A stretch of 60,541 nt of DNA, filler included. It is 4 parts of 4 records of this genome, joined end to end, with 100 filler letters (N's around TTAATTAATTAA, not from the genome) between each part and the next. Parts side by side here need not be neighbours in the genome. Positions count along the whole stretch, not along the records: positions 53,825 to 60,541 come from SRR22947727_1715; 3 more parts are not named here. One strand, given 5' to 3'. The notes below the pieces were generated by a model. That model did no database searches. It saw only the letters and a program-made list of their open reading frames with translations, and was not told the origin of the DNA. The position numbers and the translations under genes are program-made. Positions within the stretch are counted from its first letter, which is position 1. Each line of letters starts with the position of its first letter. This document shows, piece after piece, positions 53,825 through 60,541 of this stretch.

Positions 53825-54421
53825 TATCCAAGAAGTCCTTATGGAGTTGCAAAACTCTATGCCTATTGGATAGTAGTAAATTACAGAGAAGCGTATGATT
53901 TTTTTGCTTGCAATGGTATTTTGTTTAATCATGAAAGCCCAGTAAGAGGCGAAACATTTGTAACAAGAAAAATTACAAGAGCTATGGCTCGTATAAAATT
54001 AGGCTTTCAAAAAAAATTATATGTTGGAAATTTATATGCCAAAAGAGATTGGGGTCACGCCAAAGACTACGTAGAAGCCCAATGGCTTATGCTACAACAA
54101 AAAAATCCAGAGGATTTTGTGATTGCAACAGGAAAACAATACTCCGTTAAAGATTTTATAAATGAGGTTTCAAAAAACCTTGATTTAAAAATAGAATGGA
54201 AAGGAAATGGTTTAAAAGAAGTTGGTTATATAGATGGAAAAGATATTATAAAAGTAGATGCAAAATATTTCAGGCCTGCAGAAGTTGAATCGTTAATAGG
54301 TGACTCCACAAAGGCTAAAAAAAAATTAAACTGGACTCCTAAAATATCATTTCAGCAATTGGTTAAAGAAATGACAATAAAAGATTTGGAATTGATAAAA
54401 AATGAAAAACATAATCAATAA
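53825..54421 (+). CDS. gmd: GDP-mannose 4,6-dehydratase, 5' truncated
   Basis: [36 protein letters not shown] and FRPAEV motifs. Confidence 0.97.
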   Translation, partial: YPRSPYGVAKLYAYWIVVNYREAYDFFACNGILFNHESPVRGETFVTRKITRAMARIKLGFQKKLYVGNLYAKRDWGHAKDYVEAQWLMLQQKNPEDFVIATGKQYSVKDFINEVSKNLDLKIEWKGNGLKEVGYIDGKDIIKVDAKYFRPAEVESLIGDSTKAKKKLNWTPKISFQQLVKEMTIKDLELIKNEKHNQ

Positions 54422-55121
54422 TAACTCAAAAATTTCAATTTATGATAATGGATATTATTTAAAAAAAAATTTAGATTGGCATATTTCAGACTCACCATGG
54501 AAAGCAAATCATATAGATAAAATTATATGTCAAAATAATCTCATTTTTAGATCTATTTGCGAAGTAGGTTGTGGTGCAGGTGAAATTTTAAGGCAACTTT
54601 CACTTAAAAAAAATTATAGATCAGTGAAATTTTCTGGTTATGAAACTAGCAAAGATGCCTTTAGGTTGTGTCAAAAATTAGAATCTGAAAGTATAAATTT
54701 TTTCAATGATGATTTGTTAAAAGTTAATAAATCATTTGATATATTACTTTGCATAGATGTTTTTGAGCACATTAAAAATTATATGGATTTCATTTTGTCT
54801 ATTCGCAATAAAGCAGAATATAAAATTTTTCATATTCCATTAGATCTTTCCATAAATTCATTAATTAATGGATCTCTAGTGCATGCTAGGAACTCCGTGG
54901 GTCATTTGCACTATTTTACTGCTGATACTGCAATAGAAACATTAAAAGATTGTAATTATAAGATTATTGATCAAACATTTACACCATCTTTCAGTGCTGC
55001 TAAAATTAAAAGTTTAAAAACAAAGCTGGCTAATGTTCCGCGACATATTTTATATAAAATTTCACCAAAGTTGACCTCAACCTTGTTAGGTGGTGTATCA
55101 CTGATGGTTTTAGCAAAATAA
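54402..55121 (+). CDS. Class I SAM-dependent methyltransferase
   Basis: EVGCGAG motif I, DVFEH and GHLHYF motifs. Confidence 0.88.
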   Translation: MKNIINNNSKISIYDNGYYLKKNLDWHISDSPWKANHIDKIICQNNLIFRSICEVGCGAGEILRQLSLKKNYRSVKFSGYETSKDAFRLCQKLESESINFFNDDLLKVNKSFDILLCIDVFEHIKNYMDFILSIRNKAEYKIFHIPLDLSINSLINGSLVHARNSVGHLHYFTADTAIETLKDCNYKIIDQTFTPSFSAAKIKSLKTKLANVPRHILYKISPKLTSTLLGGVSLMVLAK

Positions 55122-55241
55122 CTAACAAATAAGTGGCTAATATCTTAAAAAACCTTAAATTAATTTAGTCTAGAAAATGATATAAATAATATTACATATA
55201 AGTCAGATGTAATTTTAATTACATATTTTAAGTACAATTAC

Positions 55242-56210
55242 ATGTCAAATATCAAAAAAAAAATTTATATAGCAGGACACAATGGTATGGTTGGCTCATC
55301 ATTAGTCCGTTTTTTAAGAAATAAAAATGTTAAACTTATAACGAAAGAGAGAAATGAACTTGATTTATTAAATCAACAAGATGTTAAAAATTTTTTTAAA
55401 AATGAAAAGATTGATGAAGTGTATTTAGCTGCAGCAAAAGTCGGTGGAATTTATGCTAATAATACTTATCCAGCAAATTTTATTTACGAAAATTTAATGA
55501 TACAAAATAATGTAATTCACAATGCTTTTCTAAATGGAGTTAAGAAACTATTATTCCTCGGATCGAGTTGTATTTATCCTAAAAATGCCAATCAACCCAT
55601 GAAAGAAGAAGAGTTATTAACTGGTAAATTAGAAAAAACAAATGAGCCTTATGCCATTGCTAAAATTGCAGGGTTAATAATGTGTGCAAGTTATAACCGT
55701 CAATATGGTAAGAGTCATGGTATTGACTACAGGTCTATAATGCCTACAAATTTATATGGACCTGGCGATAACTACAATCCTGAAAATAGTCACGTAATTC
55801 CAGCTTTGATTTATCGTTTCCATCAAGCAAAAATAAACAATATAGAAAATGTCGTTATATGGGGTACGGGAACTCCTAAACGAGAATTTTTGTATGTTGA
55901 TGATATGGCAAAAGCATCAATTCATTTAATGAATATGGATAAAGATATTTATAGCTCACAAACGTCAAATACTTGTAATCATATAAATGTGGGAAGTGGT
56001 AAAGACATTACCATCAAGGAACTTGCAGAAATTATTAAAAAAGTTGTAGATTATAAGGGAAAAATTGTTTTTGATGAAGACAAACCTGATGGTACTACTA
56101 GAAAACTTCTAGATATCCAAAAGATTGTTAATCTTGACTTTAAACCTAAAGTAAATTTGGAAGAGGGATTAATAAAGACTTATAAAGAATACCTAAAATT
56201 AAATCATTAA
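55242..56210 (+). CDS. fcl: GDP-L-fucose synthase
   Basis: [36 protein letters not shown] and [10 protein letters not shown] motifs. Confidence 0.97.
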   Translation: MSNIKKKIYIAGHNGMVGSSLVRFLRNKNVKLITKERNELDLLNQQDVKNFFKNEKIDEVYLAAAKVGGIYANNTYPANFIYENLMIQNNVIHNAFLNGVKKLLFLGSSCIYPKNANQPMKEEELLTGKLEKTNEPYAIAKIAGLIMCASYNRQYGKSHGIDYRSIMPTNLYGPGDNYNPENSHVIPALIYRFHQAKINNIENVVIWGTGTPKREFLYVDDMAKASIHLMNMDKDIYSSQTSNTCNHINVGSGKDITIKELAEIIKKVVDYKGKIVFDEDKPDGTTRKLLDIQKIVNLDFKPKVNLEEGLIKTYKEYLKLNH

Positions 56211-56294
56211 CAAAGATAAAATATTAAATGTGTGATATTAGTATAATAAAAGTGACTAGAAGTTTTTTTAAAATTAAAAACTTGATTATTTTTA

Positions 56295-58031
56295 ATGAAA
56301 AAAAAAAAAACTAAATTATTCTTAAAACAAATTTCCTATATTGCCAAAAATATTTGGAACTTTTTATCAATTAAAGATAGAAAAAAAATTTATTATCTTG
56401 CACTGATAATTCATATCTCAAGTTTCTTACAAATTTTTTCAATTGCCTCAGCCATACCAATGATAGGTATATTGTTAGATCCTAATTTCAATGAAGGTTT
56501 TTTTTACACCTGGTATGAAAAATATTTTCCAGAAAATAGTTTTTTTAATTTTATAATTTTTATATTTTGCCTCCTAACTTTGATTGCTGGTTTATCTAAA
56601 ATATTCATTCAAAGGGAAATAATAATGATTTCACATATGTTAGGTTCTAAATTAAGTGTAAAAATTTTTCGTTACATATTTGAAGAAAATTATCAAAATG
56701 TCTATCAACAAAATAGTAGTGAATACGTAGCTTCAATTATGCTTAGGTCCAACGCTATGTTAAATTCTGGAATTTCAGCATTACTTAACATTTTCAACTC
56801 TGTAACTTTAACAATAATAATGTTTTTATTTCTAGTATTTTATAATTTTATTTTTAGCTTCTTTTTCCTTATAACAATATTAATTCTTTATTATCTAATC
56901 CTGCGTTATGGGCAAACTAATATTTATAAAAATGGATTTATAGTTGCAAAAAACTACTCAAAGTTAATTAAATTTATACAAGAAACGTACGGCTTATTTA
57001 GAGATATAGTAATTAACAGAATGGGAAATTACTTTATATTAAATTTTAAAACTTTATCAGATGATCTAAGGGAGGCTCAAGGAAAAAACGTATTTTATGC
57101 AACCTTTCCGGTGACGGCAATTGAGACAGCTTTATTATTAACAGTTGGAATTTCATTAATCATTTTAAATAAAATTACAACTAACCCTCTCCAAGTTATA
57201 GCCATTTTCGCTATATCAGGGTTAAAATTATTACCATATATAAATAACATTATTAGATCATCCACAGCTACATTAGCTGATTATAATAATATTTATTTAG
57301 TATTTAAAATGTTTAAAAATAAAAAAAAATTTAAGAAACCTTTATTAAAAAATATTTCAAAAACGAATAGTGTTAATTTTGAATATCTTAAACTTTCAAA
57401 TATTAGTTTTAAGTTTAATAAATCAGAAGTGAATTTAATCCAGAATTTAAATTTAAAGGTAAATAAAAATGATAAAATTGCTATTTATGGAGAATCTGGA
57501 GCTGGCAAATCAACACTATTAGATTTAATGACAGGTATATTGCTACCTACTTTTGGAGAAATAAAAAGTAACAATAAAATGAATTCTCTCTCAGAGCAAC
57601 ATTTAGAATTATTTTCATATGTGCCTCAAAAGTATTTTATTTTTAATGACAGTATTAAAAATAATATAATTTTATACAAAAAATATAATGAAAATAAATT
57701 TAACGAAGCTCTAAAAATGACTATGTTAGAAAGTCAAATTGCAAAGTTTAAAAAAGGTGTCAATCATCCTATTGGAGACGGTGGTTTAGCGTTATCTGGA
57801 GGGCAAAAACAAAGATTAGTTATTGCTAGAGCACTATATTCAAATAAAGAAATTATCATATTAGACGAGGCAACGAGTGCTTTGGATCCAAAAACAGAAC
57901 TTAGGATAATAAACAACCTGGTGAAATTAAAAAATAAAACGATCATATTAGTTTCTCATAACAAAAATATAGTTAAAAAATTTAACAAAATCTACATATT
58001 GAATGACAAAAAACTATGTCTAAAGAAATAA
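56295..58031 (+). CDS. ABC transporter TMD+NBD, PglK/Wzk-like glycan flippase
   Basis: N-terminal TM domain; GESGAGKS, LSGGQKQR and ILDEATSALD motifs; inside a glycan cluster. Confidence 0.82.
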   Translation: MKKKKTKLFLKQISYIAKNIWNFLSIKDRKKIYYLALIIHISSFLQIFSIASAIPMIGILLDPNFNEGFFYTWYEKYFPENSFFNFIIFIFCLLTLIAGLSKIFIQREIIMISHMLGSKLSVKIFRYIFEENYQNVYQQNSSEYVASIMLRSNAMLNSGISALLNIFNSVTLTIIMFLFLVFYNFIFSFFFLITILILYYLILRYGQTNIYKNGFIVAKNYSKLIKFIQETYGLFRDIVINRMGNYFILNFKTLSDDLREAQGKNVFYATFPVTAIETALLLTVGISLIILNKITTNPLQVIAIFAISGLKLLPYINNIIRSSTATLADYNNIYLVFKMFKNKKKFKKPLLKNISKTNSVNFEYLKLSNISFKFNKSEVNLIQNLNLKVNKNDKIAIYGESGAGKSTLLDLMTGILLPTFGEIKSNNKMNSLSEQHLELFSYVPQKYFIFNDSIKNNIILYKKYNENKFNEALKMTMLESQIAKFKKGVNHPIGDGGLALSGGQKQRLVIARALYSNKEIIILDEATSALDPKTELRIINNLVKLKNKTIILVSHNKNIVKKFNKIYILNDKKLCLKK

Positions 58032-59050
58032 TTGCTATAATAAATAAGCACAAACATGGTGGCCCAGCAACTTTTACTAAAAATATAATTAAAATTTCTA
58101 AAAAAGAATCTTTAAAATTTGTTATATTAAAAAATTTAACAATATTTTTTAAATGTAATTATTGTTTAGTTATAAATTTTACAAAAAATATTCATATTTT
58201 AATTTTATGCAAAATGTTGAATAAAAAACTAATATACAGATTGGGTGCTCCCTTTTTTTTTTTACAAAATGAGAAATTGAGCATAGCACTTAATATAAAA
58301 AGAAAGATGTTAAACTTTTTTATCATTTTTGGTGCAATCATCTTTTCTACTAAAATAATTTTTCAAACAAGATATTGTTATAATGCATGGATTTTAGAAT
58401 TCCCATTTTTAAAAAAATTTTTAAAGAGAAAAAAAATTTCATTCATTTTAAATGGTGCATTTAAAACAAATGATGGTTTAAAAAAAAATAATTTTAAAAA
58501 TTTTTACTTTTTTTCTTTTGAATGGAGTATTAGTTTTAAAGAACTCTCATATTTAAATAAAATTTCTAAACAATTTAAAACCATATGCTTTATTTATGGA
58601 AATATAGATCGTAACATAGAAATAGATAAATTTAAAAATTTAAGATTTAAAAAAATAAAAAAGAGAGAATCTATATTAGAAGAAACTAAAAAATTAAAAA
58701 AAATACCCATTCTACTTGCTTGTGATTTTAATCCTGCTTGCTCTAATGCAATAATAGAAGCTATAATAAATAACATACCTGTTGTAGCTCCACAATTGGG
58801 TGGAAATAAAGAAATATTAGGTAATAAATACAAATTAAGTATAAAAATTCCTAAAAAGATATTGTCTGCAAACACCTCTTTTCATAATTGGTTGAATGGG
58901 GAGCAATTCCAAGTAGAGCTAAAAAAAATACTACGAAATTTAAAAGAAAAGAAAAAGTTTAGTGCAATTATTCAACAAATTTATTTACTTCAAAATAAAC
59001 TACACGTCAAAACTATGTATAAAAATTATGTTAATTTCATTAGAAAATAA
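58016..59050 (+). CDS. Divergent GT-B glycosyltransferase (GT4-like)
   Basis: N-terminal HGGP and C-terminal ACSNAIIEA..NIPVVA...GGNKEI motifs. Confidence 0.72.
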   Translation: MSKEIIAIINKHKHGGPATFTKNIIKISKKESLKFVILKNLTIFFKCNYCLVINFTKNIHILILCKMLNKKLIYRLGAPFFFLQNEKLSIALNIKRKMLNFFIIFGAIIFSTKIIFQTRYCYNAWILEFPFLKKFLKRKKISFILNGAFKTNDGLKKNNFKNFYFFSFEWSISFKELSYLNKISKQFKTICFIYGNIDRNIEIDKFKNLRFKKIKKRESILEETKKLKKIPILLACDFNPACSNAIIEAIINNIPVVAPQLGGNKEILGNKYKLSIKIPKKILSANTSFHNWLNGEQFQVELKKILRNLKEKKKFSAIIQQIYLLQNKLHVKTMYKNYVNFIRK

Positions 59051-59062
59051 AAATTATTGTAC

Positions 59063-60166
59063 ATGAAAGAAAAAAATTTACTTTTAGTTGTTTGCCCACA
59101 ATATCCTATTAAAAATGTATCAAATAAAGGTTTTTTTGTTAAAAAATTTGTTGAGTGTTTTAATAAGAAATATAGCAAAAAATATGATGTAAAAGTTTTT
59201 AGCCCAACTAGACTTGGAATACTTTATGAAATTATTAAAAAAAAAAATTTTTTTAATTATATTAAGCAAGTTAGTATTTATAACTTTTTTGACTTTACAT
59301 TTTTTAAAAGGAATTCTTTCATTGCGAAAATAATTTTAAATTTTTTAGTAACATATCATGCCAAAAAGTATAAGAAAGTTTATATTTTATATTATTTTTA
59401 TAGTACTATAAGTGGACTACCAATTTTAAAAAAAAAAAATGTCTACAAATTTTGTCACATTGGTGAAAGCAAATTAATTTCAAAAAAAAATATATATGCT
59501 GATGAAATTTTAAGATATTTTTGTGTTTCGAGAAAATTAAAGAATATTTTGTTAAGTAAGTCAAAGAGCAAAGATAAGGCAATATATCTACCAAACGGTA
59601 TTTCTATAACTAAGCAAAATAAACCATATAATAAAAGAATTATTGATAATAAATATCTTTCAAATAAACTTCCGAATATTATTTTTGTGGGAGCTCTTAT
59701 CAAAAGAAAATCACCACATATTTTTTTTAAGTTTCAAAAAATTTTAAAAGAAGCAAATTTTATTTGTATTGGAGATGGTAATAATGTCAAAAATAAAAAT
59801 ATTTTACATTTTAAGAATATTGAAAATTCAAAGATACTAAACATAATGGGTAATTCTCATTTTTTATTTCACCCTAGCAAACATGAAGGTATGTCAAACG
59901 TTATTTTAGAAGCTCTATCAAAGGGCACGATAATAATATGCAGGGATATTAAAGAAAATAGAGAGTTTCTGTCTAACAAAAAATTTGTAATTTATATTAA
60001 CAAATTCGATAAAAAAATTAATTATGACATGTTAAAGAAAAAAATTTTATTAATTATTAAAAAAAATAAATGGAATTCTCTATCAAACCAAGCTAAGTCT
60101 TATTCTTCAAATTATTCAATTGTTAAAAGAGTGATCAAAATAGAGAAAGAGTTTTCTTCAATATAA
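59063..60166 (+). CDS. Glycosyltransferase family 4
   Basis: LPNG, FVGALIKRK and PSKHEGMSNVILEAL (EX7E) motifs. Confidence 0.85.
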   Translation: MKEKNLLLVVCPQYPIKNVSNKGFFVKKFVECFNKKYSKKYDVKVFSPTRLGILYEIIKKKNFFNYIKQVSIYNFFDFTFFKRNSFIAKIILNFLVTYHAKKYKKVYILYYFYSTISGLPILKKKNVYKFCHIGESKLISKKNIYADEILRYFCVSRKLKNILLSKSKSKDKAIYLPNGISITKQNKPYNKRIIDNKYLSNKLPNIIFVGALIKRKSPHIFFKFQKILKEANFICIGDGNNVKNKNILHFKNIENSKILNIMGNSHFLFHPSKHEGMSNVILEALSKGTIIICRDIKENREFLSNKKFVIYINKFDKKINYDMLKKKILLIIKKNKWNSLSNQAKSYSSNYSIVKRVIKIEKEFSSI

Positions 60167-60541
60167 TGTATACTGGTTTTTTAGAGGATTATAAGGTTTT
60201 AAATTTATCCAACAACGAAGTAAAAGACTTTAAAGATTTTGGTTACATTAAAAATCAGTTAAACTCAAACATAAAACTTTCCAAAGAGGGATTGGCATCT
60301 TATTTGATTTCAGGTAGTGCTATAATTAATACTCATTTCTTAAAGGGATTTAAACATATTGTTGAAGAAAAGAATATTACTACTATTAATGAAAAAAGTT
60401 TAGCTGATAAAAATTTAAATGAAGAAACATTAGTAAAACTTACTCAAGATATAATAGTTTCAAATTTAAGAAAAAAAATTAAAAAAAATCGTAAAAATTA
60501 TTTATTAATTTCAGGAGGAAAAGACAGTTTATTTATTTATG
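60166..60541 (+). CDS. PP-loop ATPase, asparagine synthase-related, 3' truncated
   Basis: Not in the ORF track. TAATG overlap with the upstream GT; manual translation MYTGFLEDY...KNYLLISGGKDSLFIY contains an SGGxDS PP-loop. Confidence 0.72.
   Translation, partial: MYTGFLEDYKVLNLSNNEVKDFKDFGYIKNQLNSNIKLSKEGLASYLISGSAIINTHFLKGFKHIVEEKNITTINEKSLADKNLNEETLVKLTQDIIVSNLRKKIKKNRKNYLLISGGKDSLFIY

Overview
The window is not one continuous locus. It is four contigs joined by identical 100-bp artificial spacers (N44-TTAATTAATTAA-N44 at 28799-28898, 36436-36535 and 53725-53824). Contig 1 (1-28798) and contig 2 (28899-36435) are mid-GC marine alphaproteobacterial DNA; a SAR116/Puniceispirillales-like origin is my inference. 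Contig 1 carries ctaB-ctaD-ctaC, tldD/pmbA, gshA, ubiA, argC, a lipid A cluster (tyrosine-phosphatase-like gene, msbA, DUF374/lpxJ, waaA, lpxK, lpxL), xseA, purD, tadA, rluB, rsmD, mutL, lspA and partial ileS. Contig 2 carries the gcvP 3' end, a BKACE enzyme, panBC, a gmhA-like gene, an orphan ligJ, cysQ, tRNA-Arg(CCT) and a DEAD-box helicase. Contig 3 (36536-53724) looks like Rhodobacteraceae/roseobacter DNA: atpAGDC, holA-lptE-leuS, a porin, yggS, ribA, a response regulator, a decayed soxR/VOC gene pair, xth, cnoX-like, Lon-N, Trm112 and a partial GT41. Contig 4 (53825-60541) is very AT-rich, SAR11-like by inference, and encodes surface-glycan genes. Most of the content is housekeeping, and I found no clearly novel multi-gene system, mobile element or CRISPR array. 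The four best leads are: (i) coordinated loss of the Mg/Mn-site ligands in both subunits of an A1-type cytochrome c oxidase; (ii) a CtpA-like phosphatase inside the lipid A cluster, a candidate for phosphate-sparing lipid A; (iii) a porin with a ~120-aa Ala/Thr-rich insertion; (iv) a soxR-glyoxalase module in which both genes are broken but a recognisable 19-bp-spacer SoxR promoter remains.
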